A stretch of 64,000 nt of DNA from Candidatus Thorarchaeota archaeon (GCA_048884965.1 JBHLQH010000004.1:115368-179367); one strand, 5' to 3'; counted from the stretch's first letter, positions 40,499-47,463 are shown. Numbers and translations: made by a program. Notes: a model not told the origin generated them from the letters alone.

Positions 40499-41023
40499 TC
40501 ACCAAGTATCATAGTGAACGATTGATTCGTCGTACCTATCTTCAGATGGCTTCTCCTCAGCAGGATGTCCGATGGGAACAACGGCAAGTGGTACGATGCC
40601 TTCAGGCATCCCAAAGAACTCCTGTACCATCCGTACTCTTTCTTCAATGGGATAAATCTCAAGCCAGAGACCTCCAAGTCCTAGTCCATGAATTGCGAGG
40701 AGCATATTGAGTGTCGCATTTGCGCAGTCCATCTGCCAACGAGCTTCCCACTTCTCGCGGCTCTTGTCGTGACAGACAATTACTGCAACAGGAACATCGC
40801 GGAGCATGGTGGCATACGGATATGCTTCGATGAGTTTCTCCATCTGCTCGCGGTCCCTAACAACTACAAACTGCCACTGTCGTTGATTCCCAGAAGTTGG
40901 TGCGCTCATACCTGCTTTGAGTATCTTTTGCACAATTTCTGGTGAAACATCGCCCATTGTATATTTCCGAATACTACGTCTTGTATATAATGCTTCAAGA
41001 ATATCCATAGCATTGGGGCTCAC
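40499..41023 (-). CDS. Nitroreductase family protein
   Basis: RRSIRKY, APTSGNQRQW and GLGGLW motifs. Confidence 0.92.
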   Translation of the reverse strand: MSPNAMDILEALYTRRSIRKYTMGDVSPEIVQKILKAGMSAPTSGNQRQWQFVVVRDREQMEKLIEAYPYATMLRDVPVAVIVCHDKSREKWEARWQMDCANATLNMLLAIHGLGLGGLWLEIYPIEERVRMVQEFFGMPEGIVPLAVVPIGHPAEEKPSEDRYDESIVHYDTW

Positions 41024-41133
41024 TATCCTTTCTTATAAGACACATTTTCTTAGCAAAGCAACAATGTTGCGTTCTTCTTGCAGGTATATATACAGATGAA
41101 ATTCATACTTCTATAGAGTTGAAGGTGAAACCC

Positions 41134-41904
41134 ATGTCAACCACACCGAATATAGACCTAGCTCGAGAACTACTTGCAAATCCTAAGTTTCCTCGTACAA
41201 TGACATACGACCCTGAATGGATTGTAGAACAGGACATGGGTTGCCCAACACTATGGCTGCTTGAGCGACTATGTGAGAGAATGCGACTAGAACCGAATAT
41301 GCGAGTATTGGATCTAGGCTGTGGAAAAGCAGCTGGTTCCATCTTTCTTGCCAAAGAGTACGATGTGGAAGTGTGGGCGGTTGACATTGGTGTAAGTCAG
41401 ACCGAGAATTTGGAAAGAATAAAACAGATGGGGCTAGAGTCATTAGTATTCCCTTTGAGGACTGATGCTCGCGAACTGCCATTTCCAAAGGACTTCTTTG
41501 ATGCGATAATATGTGTGAACTCTCTCTTCTTCTTCGCAACAGACGACATATATCTCCGGCACCATCTACTTCCAAGAGTCAAGATAGGCGGTCAGATAGG
41601 TAGCGTTGTGCCAGGATTCTACCACGAATTCGAAGGAGATGTACCGGATTGTATTCCTGAACATTTGAGGAGATATTGGGAATCATGTATGTTGTATACA
41701 TGGCATTCGGCAGAATGGTGGAGGAAGCACTGGCTTAAAACTAGTTCAGTGGAGATTGAACTCGCAGATAATTTCCCAGATAAGGAAGGCTATCAGACGT
41801 ACTTGGAGTGGGAAAGAATTATTGGATATCCTCAAAAGATCGCAGAGGAAGATGCTGGTAGAAATATCACATTCTCACGCCTAGTGGTTCAAAGAACAAA
41901 GTGA
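41134..41904 (+). CDS. Class I SAM-dependent methyltransferase
   Basis: VLDLGCGK and LPFPKDFFDAI motifs. Confidence 0.88.
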   Translation: MSTTPNIDLARELLANPKFPRTMTYDPEWIVEQDMGCPTLWLLERLCERMRLEPNMRVLDLGCGKAAGSIFLAKEYDVEVWAVDIGVSQTENLERIKQMGLESLVFPLRTDARELPFPKDFFDAIICVNSLFFFATDDIYLRHHLLPRVKIGGQIGSVVPGFYHEFEGDVPDCIPEHLRRYWESCMLYTWHSAEWWRKHWLKTSSVEIELADNFPDKEGYQTYLEWERIIGYPQKIAEEDAGRNITFSRLVVQRTK

Positions 41905-41907
41905 TCT

Positions 41908-42126
41908 CTATGCGGCTTCCATGAAAGCATCAATGACACTCTCGATGAACAGGATATCCTCATTCAGAGACGAGTAGTCGCTTATTCTAATGAGATTCAA
42001 GACGTCCTCTCTAGTCTTCGGGTCAATCCCAAGATCCATACTAAGAGATAGAAGCTTTGCTACTTCTAGTTGAACACAAAGCGCACATGATTCATACCCT
42101 ATGGAACTCACTTCGAACCCCTTCAT
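41908..42126 (-). CDS. Hypothetical protein
   Basis: 72-aa ORF filling an intergenic gap, with a CALC motif. Confidence 0.5.
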   Translation of the reverse strand: MKGFEVSSIGYESCALCVQLEVAKLLSLSMDLGIDPKTREDVLNLIRISDYSSLNEDILFIESVIDAFMEAA

Positions 42127-42206
42127 TTCTATCTCAGTTCGTCACGCCAAATAAAACACCGACATTAAAATATTCCGAAATTTCTGAAATCAAGTTTCAA
42201 TTCATT

Positions 42207-43706
42207 TTACTTGGCCTTTGGCATCTTGATGTAGACAATCGTCCCTTTGGCATGGCCGTTAGGCGTACCTGATATATTCTCGATCCAAATCTCTGCATTG
42301 AATCGTAGGAGAATGGATTTGACAATCGAAAGACCAAGACCTCGTTGACCCTCTGGTTTTACTGAAGCAAGCACAATGGTCTTTATCTCATCAGGAATTC
42401 CAGGACCTCTATCTGCTATTCCAAAGATATAGAAGTTCTCCATTTCTTGCAGGCTTAGATCTATTTCCACATGATCTTCTCTCTCATTTCTATGTTTTAT
42501 TGAGTTCGAGAGGATATTATACAATACATCTACAAGCAACGGATGCATCAGCACATTGATGTTCTCGATTGAATTCCTGTTGTTCACTTTGAGAGCAACT
42601 GTTGCGTAAGTGCGCTGTGTGCGTTCCAAGGCTTTATCGAATTTTGTGGCCAAAGATACCGGTACAGCTTTCATGGATTCTTCCTGAACTTGGTTCAAAC
42701 TTAGCACATTCCGAACTAAATCGGTCGATTCCCATACCACTTGCTTGGCACTCTTAATGATATGGAGCGACTTCTCATCGATATTTGGATTCTGCATTTC
42801 TATTAGTTCAAGATAAGTCTGAAGACTTTGATTATGATTAGTGATATCATGACTAAGCAGACTCAGGAGTAGGTGAATCATTTTTCGGTCCTCCTCGGAT
42901 CTACGAAGTGCATCAACAACCTCTCTCTTTGGCAGACTGAATAGATCTGAAAGCGATAATCGAGGACCATCCATCGTCATCGTGAACTTCGGTTTCAGTA
43001 TGAATATCGCGATCAACATTGTAATGCTGAATAGGAAACCTAGGAAGAGCTTGTTCAAAATTGATGCAATTCCTTGTACTACAGAGATTGACTGAGTTGC
43101 TGGAAATGCTAGCAATGGAAAGAGGATGCCATCTGCCAATAGCGTCAAGATATAGGTGATAATCACTAGGACGGATGGTGGCGTTTTGGGAAATCGAGTA
43201 GATAGTCTTTCGAGTACATACACCATTGCTAGTAGTTCGACCAAAGCAAGTAGATTGCCAATAATGAAGATCCAGAAACTTGTCTGGAATATCTCACTCG
43301 GAATCATGAGGGGATTGATTGATACAGTACTTTCGAGAGTGAAATAGATTAGAGGATAGACAAGGAGGAATACAATCTGAATCGCGATGAGACCATACAC
43401 AACCATCTTTGTCAGTTCAGGATCGCGTTCCATTATGTATAGAAGCATGATAGACCAGATGACCGCTGCATAGACGATATTTCCTCCACCTACTTGAATT
43501 CCAAATCCAAGATCAATGACATAGAAACTGCTCATTATCGATACATACACCTGAAGGATTCCAAGAAACATGTAGAATGGTATGAGTGAAAGATGACCTC
43601 TCATAGCATAAAGGAAGACTCCAATTGAAGAATAGATTATGACATGCAAAATGAGAAATCCAAAACCGAGCATGTGGTTCACTTCAGAGTATAAATTGCT
43701 CCCCAA
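42207..43706 (-). CDS. Membrane histidine kinase with a 7-TM N-terminal sensor
   Basis: 7 TM segments, LLSHDITN, NILSNSIKH, DRGPGI and GLGL motifs. Confidence 0.88.
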   Translation of the reverse strand: MGSNLYSEVNHMLGFGFLILHVIIYSSIGVFLYAMRGHLSLIPFYMFLGILQVYVSIMSSFYVIDLGFGIQVGGGNIVYAAVIWSIMLLYIMERDPELTKMVVYGLIAIQIVFLLVYPLIYFTLESTVSINPLMIPSEIFQTSFWIFIIGNLLALVELLAMVYVLERLSTRFPKTPPSVLVIITYILTLLADGILFPLLAFPATQSISVVQGIASILNKLFLGFLFSITMLIAIFILKPKFTMTMDGPRLSLSDLFSLPKREVVDALRRSEEDRKMIHLLLSLLSHDITNHNQSLQTYLELIEMQNPNIDEKSLHIIKSAKQVVWESTDLVRNVLSLNQVQEESMKAVPVSLATKFDKALERTQRTYATVALKVNNRNSIENINVLMHPLLVDVLYNILSNSIKHRNEREDHVEIDLSLQEMENFYIFGIADRGPGIPDEIKTIVLASVKPEGQRGLGLSIVKSILLRFNAEIWIENISGTPNGHAKGTIVYIKMPKAK

Positions 43707-43830
43707 ATCGTCTAGATTATCCTATTTAGATTATAGATATAACCAACTTCAAGAGTATACCAATTTCTCGACGAAATTTGCATTGAAGGATAGGCTAATG
43801 ATATTCACCTCACAGGGATACTTGATTACA

Positions 43831-44082
43831 ATGTCCGAAGAGAATACCTCAACAGGATACCAACCTAGGACCAAGCCATTCTATACATTCCCGCAGTACG
43901 CGGCAATAACATTCATCCTCTCACCAATTCTGGGATATTTGTTAGCGTACTATGGCTTCATACCATTCGATCCTCTCTATACAGCACTTGCTGCACTGGC
44001 GTTCTGCTTCGTCTATGTGGGTTATCGAGGATACTATTGGAAAATATACAGAAAGGATGAAAGGCAACCATCTGAAGATTGA
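43831..44082 (+). CDS. Small 2-TM membrane protein
   Basis: ATG at 43831 and two hydrophobic helices. Confidence 0.6.
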   Translation: MSEENTSTGYQPRTKPFYTFPQYAAITFILSPILGYLLAYYGFIPFDPLYTALAALAFCFVYVGYRGYYWKIYRKDERQPSED

Positions 44083-44173
44083 TAGCCTTCTAGGAAAGAT
44101 TGTTTCTCGCAGAAACCTGATTGAATTTCAAAAATAATGGAACCTCAGACACTTGGTCCGAGGCTTCTTAGTT

Positions 44174-44416
44174 TCACTTGCCCTTCCATGCTGGCATCTG
44201 AGACATATATTCATCTGTCTTGACTTCTGCTGAGGAACGATCTAGATTCTCACGGGACATCCAGAAATTCACCATGTTCTCACGTACAACATTTCGAGGC
44301 TTGAGGCTGCCATCCTCGGTGCTGCAATACACACAGCTCTTGTTGTCCGTATTCTTTCCACCAAAATCCTCGGGTTTGGTCATTCCCATTCCACACGATA
44401 TGCAATGCTTTGCCAT
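44174..44416 (-). CDS. Zinc-ribbon domain protein (Zn_ribbon_2-like)
   Basis: CISCGM...CVYC...DG...MPAWK pattern and AGGAGGT Shine-Dalgarno. Confidence 0.8.
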   Translation of the reverse strand: MAKHCISCGMGMTKPEDFGGKNTDNKSCVYCSTEDGSLKPRNVVRENMVNFWMSRENLDRSSAEVKTDEYMSQMPAWKGK

Positions 44417-44503
44417 ATGCTTTCACTAAAACCTCCTACAGCGTAATAGGAATATAAAATACTATTCAGTAAGTTCTATAGGCAGTTTTACCAATAGCTC
44501 ATT

Positions 44504-45364
44504 ATGCCTTCTCGTGAAAGAGTAAGAAACCTCATCATGTTGATGCTAGATAGACATCCAATCCATGGATATGAGATTAGACGTCAACTTGTTCCCTTGG
44601 CTGGGGATATAGAAGTCACAACATTGTATCGATGGCTAAGAGAAATGGAAAAGGAAGGGCTTATTGAAAGTAAAGCAAAGAAAGGACCACATGGTCCTGA
44701 AAGAAAAGAATACAGAATGGGATCAAGAGGTGAGCGTCATCTTAGAGAGGTCCTACGTGATTCGATGAGGGTCATTTTACATTTCTATGACGAGTTCAGG
44801 CATTATTCCTTTGCGAAGAGCCTGAGTAACGCTACGAGTTCCGAACACGGTCAAGAATCAATTGAAGGAAGAATCATTGTAGCTATAGTCACGCCCTCTA
44901 TGGCAGACCAAGTCGATACCATGAAGCTCATCACCAATCGAGCTGGTGAGAATAGCATTCATGTTATGGGGGACCCCAAAAACCTAGTAGGTTTGGATAA
45001 GAAATTCATACTCATCGAAGGTAGCCCTTGGGACATTCCTTGCAAGAAGAATCACTACCATGAATACTGGATTCTCGGTATGCCTGCAAGAGAACTCCTC
45101 CCAAGGACTCTAGTCGAGAGCAAGCGCATCTTGGATAATGGCGGAACGGTAAGGATGCATGTTCCATTCGCCTTTTTTGATGAACCTGCTGAGCCAACTC
45201 TAGAATCGTTTCTAAGGCTAACAGCATCACATCTGTTTCCAGAGCTTGGTGTAGTAGAGGGACAAGAGGTCTGCGACCTGTTCGAGAAGATGTTTGAGGA
45301 CTTTGGGATTATCAAGTTTCACCCGGGGCATGTTCAATTCTGGGGCACAAATAGTTCAGAATGA
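44504..45364 (+). CDS. PadR-family regulator with a C-terminal methyltransferase-like domain
   Basis: PIHGYEI...TLYRWLREMEKEGLI...RKEY wHTH. C-terminal ESKRILDNGG resembles a class I MTase. Confidence 0.8.
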   Translation: MPSRERVRNLIMLMLDRHPIHGYEIRRQLVPLAGDIEVTTLYRWLREMEKEGLIESKAKKGPHGPERKEYRMGSRGERHLREVLRDSMRVILHFYDEFRHYSFAKSLSNATSSEHGQESIEGRIIVAIVTPSMADQVDTMKLITNRAGENSIHVMGDPKNLVGLDKKFILIEGSPWDIPCKKNHYHEYWILGMPARELLPRTLVESKRILDNGGTVRMHVPFAFFDEPAEPTLESFLRLTASHLFPELGVVEGQEVCDLFEKMFEDFGIIKFHPGHVQFWGTNSSE

Positions 45365-45395
45365 GCCGAATCAGACAATGGTCAACTAATTTTGT

Positions 45396-45410
45396 ACAAG
45401 AATTTATATA
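45396..45410 (+). promoter_or_regulatory. Archaeal BRE/TATA promoter of tRNA block 1
   Basis: TTTATATA at 45403-45410 after a purine-rich element, about 25 nt before the GGAG leader start. Confidence 0.7.
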
Positions 45411-45427
45411 GTTTCAAATCTCTTGCC

Positions 45428-45508
45428 GGGAGATTACTATGTGTTCAGTACCACAACCCGGTGAACAGATAGCCCAATATTGGGCAGAGCATATGTAGTC
45501 GTTTCTCT
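45428..45508 (+). ncRNA. Structured leader RNA of block 1 (unknown family)
   Basis: GATTAC-T-ATGTGTTC pairs with GAGCATAT-GTAGTC. Internal hairpins TACC/GGTG and GCCCA/TGGGC. GGGAGA/TTTCTC closes the fold. Confidence 0.55.
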
Positions 45509-45515
45509 AATTCTT

Positions 45516-45590
45516 GGGGCTGTGGTGTTAATGGTAACATATCTGCTTGGCTGGTAGACGATTGAGGTTCGATCCCTTACGGCTCCACCA
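45516..45590 (+). tRNA. tRNA-Ala(GGC)
   Basis: GGGGCTG/CGGCTCC with G3:U70, loop TT-GGC-TG, ACCA end. Confidence 0.85.
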
Positions 45591-45602
45591 ATTAGAGTAT
45601 GA

Positions 45603-45681
45603 GGGCATAGTGGCTGGAAGTAGTTAACGCGCTCGACTTGCAATCTTGAGTATGTAGGTGCAAATCCTACCGTGTCCACCA
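45603..45681 (+). tRNA. tRNA-Ala(UGC), degenerate (a Cys GCA reading is possible)
   Basis: G3:U70 and A73, irregular anticodon arm CTCGA-CTTGCAATC-TTGAG, T-loop TGCAAAT. Confidence 0.6.
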
Positions 45682-45689
45682 TCATTTGG

Positions 45690-45764
45690 GGTGAATGTGG
45701 TGAAAAGGTATCATAACAGTCCGTGAAGCTGGAGTTGAGAGTTCGATTCTCTTCATTCACACCA
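45690..45764 (+). tRNA. tRNA-His(GUG)
   Basis: GTGAATG/CATTCAC, encoded G-1, loop CC-GTG-AA, A73-CCA. Confidence 0.82.
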
Positions 45765-45769
45765 CCTAT

Positions 45770-45843
45770 GGGTATGTACGTTAACGGCAGACAATTCGAC
45801 TCCAGATCGTATTGTAGAGGTTCAATTCCTCTCATGCCCACCA
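45770..45843 (+). tRNA. tRNA-Trp(CCA), intronless
   Basis: GGGTATG/CATGCCC, loop CT-CCA-GA, ACCA end. Confidence 0.8.
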
Positions 45844-45844
45844 A

Positions 45845-45922
45845 GGGCCATTAGCATAGTTGCGGAATTGCACTCCTCTCATAAGGGAGGTTGCGTTGGT
45901 TCAACTCCAACATGGCCCACCA
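45845..45922 (+). tRNA. tRNA(CAU), Ile2-like or Met
   Basis: GGGCCAT/ATGGCCC, CTCCT-CTCATAA-GGGAG, ACCA end. Confidence 0.82.
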
Positions 45923-45925
45923 CTT

Positions 45926-46001
45926 GACTAGGTAGCATAATAGCGAGTGCCCTTCCCTTGGACGGAAGTTCATGCAGGTTCAAGTCCTGTCCTAGTCACC
46001 A
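45926..46001 (+). tRNA. tRNA-Pro(UGG)
   Basis: GACTAGG/CCTAGTC, CTTCC-CTTGGAC-GGAAG, ACCA end. Confidence 0.85.
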
Positions 46002-46004
46002 TCT

Positions 46005-46079
46005 GCTCCGTTGGTGTAGTGGAAATCACTCGATCCTTTCGAGGTTGGAACGGGGGTTCAATTCCCCCACGGAGCACCA
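46005..46079 (+). tRNA. tRNA-Glu(UUC)
   Basis: GCTCCGT/ACGGAGC, loop CT-TTC-GA, ACCA end. Confidence 0.9.
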
Positions 46080-46081
46080 CT

Positions 46082-46155
46082 GCGTAGTTGAGGTAAAGGT
46101 AACCCACGGGGCTTCCAACCCTGAGCTGGGAGTTCGAGTCTCCCACTGCGCACCA
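46082..46155 (+). tRNA. tRNA-Gly(UCC)
   Basis: GCGTAGT/ACTGCGC, loop CT-TCC-AA, ACCA end. Confidence 0.9.
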
Positions 46156-46157
46156 AT

Positions 46158-46233
46158 AGCCCTGTAGTGTAGACGGAAAGCACGTTGGACCTTGAATTCG
46201 ACGGTCTCGGTTCGAATCCGGGCGGGGCTACCA
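46158..46233 (+). tRNA. tRNA-Gln(UUG)
   Basis: AGCCCTG/CGGGGCT (A1-U72, archaeal type), loop CC-TTG-AA, ACCA end. Confidence 0.87.
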
Positions 46234-46234
46234 T

Positions 46235-46310
46235 CCCAGAGTGAATCTAAGGGCCAGGACATAGGTCTGTAAAGCCTGTGATGCCAGTTCGAGTCTGGCC
46301 TCTGGGACCA
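46235..46310 (+). tRNA. tRNA-Tyr(GUA)
   Basis: CCCAGAG/CTCTGGG (C1-G72), short variable loop, loop CT-GTA-AA, ACCA end. Confidence 0.85.
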
Positions 46311-46311
46311 T

Positions 46312-46386
46312 AGGAGCTTGGTCAAGCGGTAAGACAACTGTCTAACATACAGTCGATCGGTGGTTCGAATCCACCAGCTCCTACCA
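46312..46386 (+). tRNA. tRNA-Val(AAC)
   Basis: AGGAGCT/AGCTCCT, ACTGT-CTAACAT-ACAGT, perfect T-arm, ACCA end. Confidence 0.87.
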
Positions 46387-46403
46387 AATTATCCAAAATT
46401 CAT

Positions 46404-46418
46404 GTGAAAATTTATATA
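46404..46418 (+). promoter_or_regulatory. Archaeal BRE/TATA promoter of tRNA block 2
   Basis: GTGAAAA-TTTATATA, about 25 nt before the GGAG leader start. Confidence 0.75.
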
Positions 46419-46432
46419 CATTCATGAAAAGC

Positions 46433-46670
46433 ACTGGAGGATTACCAATGTTCAGAGAAAATAGTTTGATAGCGTCGTCAAGGACGACACTCGAACGCTC
46501 CACCCATGATAGTCCGAATAAGGACTAGGGTGAGTACACAATCTCTGGACATCACTGCTTCTTTCAAGTCTGCTGGTCTTCAGGGATAGTGGATTTTCTC
46601 TTTGTTGGAGGGCATGTTGCAAAGGAAGAGGGGGAGACCCTCTCTCGTCCCTTGCACTCATCCGTCCAGT
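46433..46670 (+). ncRNA. About 240-nt multibranch structured RNA (unknown family)
   Basis: Terminal stem ACTGGA-GGAT/ATCC-G-TCCAGT, 11-bp ATGTTCAGAGA/TCTCTGGACAT and several nested hairpins. Confidence 0.7.
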
Positions 46671-46676
46671 AAAGGT

Positions 46677-46753
46677 GGGCCAAGAGCACGGTTCGGTTGT
46701 GCAGGAGGCCTTTAACCTCCTAGACGCGGGTTCGAATCCCGCTTGGCTCTCCA
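46677..46753 (+). tRNA. tRNA-Lys(UUU)
   Basis: GGGCCAA/TTGGCTC, GGAGG-CCTTTAA-CCTCC, G8 and C33, TCCA end. Confidence 0.85.
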
Positions 46754-46771
46754 TGCATAGGTCAAAACAGT

Positions 46772-46908
46772 GGAGTGGTAGCTCAATCTGGCAAGAGCGA
46801 TAGCGTTTCACTGTCATTCATACCGTGATCCCTGAGAAGGGCATCGAGTGACAGTTTGCTTTTGGTTCATACCAAGAGATGCTGGTTCAAATCCAGCCCA
46901 CTCCGCCA
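46772..46908 (+). tRNA. tRNA(CAU, Met-like) with a ~60-nt hairpin insertion after the D-arm
   Basis: GGAGTGG/CCACTCC, canonical D- and T-arms, insert at about 46800-46859, TTTTGG-TTCATA-CCAAGA arm, GCCA end. Confidence 0.7.
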
Positions 46909-46913
46909 ACCTT

Positions 46914-46990
46914 GGCGCTGTAGCCAAACGGATCAAGGCACATCCCTTCGAAGGATGGAGGTCTCGGTTCAATTCCGAGCAGCGCCTCCA
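46914..46990 (+). tRNA. tRNA-Arg(UCG)
   Basis: GGCGCTG/CAGCGCC, CATCC-CTTCGAA-GGATG, TCCA end. Confidence 0.88.
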
Positions 46991-46997
46991 AAACCAT

Positions 46998-47074
46998 GAC
47001 CCTGTAGCTCAGTGGATAGGGCACCACGCTTCTAACGTGGCGGGACGTCGGTTCGAGTCCGACCAGGGTCGCCA
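46998..47074 (+). tRNA. tRNA-Arg(UCU)
   Basis: GACCCTG/CAGGGTC, CCACG-CTTCTAA-CGTGG, GCCA end. Confidence 0.9.
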
Positions 47075-47093
47075 AAAATGAAAGGTGAAAACA

Positions 47094-47330
47094 ATGTCGT
47101 ATGAACATCTCATCGGTACAGAAGCCGAAGCACAGGTAAAGGTGACAATCAGCGGAGCTCATAGTGATACTCCAAATCTCTTCGTTTGGGATAGAACAGA
47201 GCTGATTGCAAAGATTTGGCTCTACCCAGATGGTAGGATCAAATACCGAAGTTTTGTTCCTAAGACGACACAAGAGATTGAGATCCGAGGTCGACATCTG
47301 AAAGTGTATGACCCAAGGGAGAATCTCTAG
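47094..47330 (+). CDS. 78-aa hypothetical protein embedded in the tRNA array
   Basis: AGGTGA Shine-Dalgarno at 47083-47088, ATG at 47094, protein-like beta-rich composition. Confidence 0.7.
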   Translation: MSYEHLIGTEAEAQVKVTISGAHSDTPNLFVWDRTELIAKIWLYPDGRIKYRSFVPKTTQEIEIRGRHLKVYDPRENL

Positions 47331-47331
47331 A

Positions 47332-47456
47332 GCAAGCAGTGATCCTATGAATCATTGCCGAGGATTCACCAAACCTAGTATAGAACTTGCCTAAAGTGCG
47401 CGTGATGAGAAGAAGTCCTATCAGACGAAGCCTTGAACCTCACGCGCCTTTGGCAA
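47332..47456 (+). ncRNA. Structured spacer RNA(s) within block 2
   Basis: GCAGTGAT-CCTATGA-ATCATTGC hairpin, then long stem TTGCC-T-AAAG-T-GCGCGTGA / TCACGCGC-CTTT-GGCAA. Confidence 0.55.
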
Positions 47457-47463
47457 CACAAAT

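Noticed and set aside
46433-46670. RNase P RNA, SRP RNA or 5S rRNA identity for the 240-nt element
   Set aside because: No GAGGAAAGUCC or matching 3' P4 strand, no SRP helix-8 motif and no 5S consensus visible.
46801-46876. tRNA-Sec or opal suppressor reading (UCA triplets in the insert or loop)
   Set aside because: The acceptor and T stems are 7/5 and the D-arm is ordinary. No well-paired 7-nt loop centres on UCA.
47398-47447. Hammerhead ribozyme or SECIS element
   Set aside because: It has GUGAUGA rather than CUGAUGA and no GAAA core with three stems. The SECIS-like AUGA/GA pairing is weak and the upstream ORF has no in-frame UGA.
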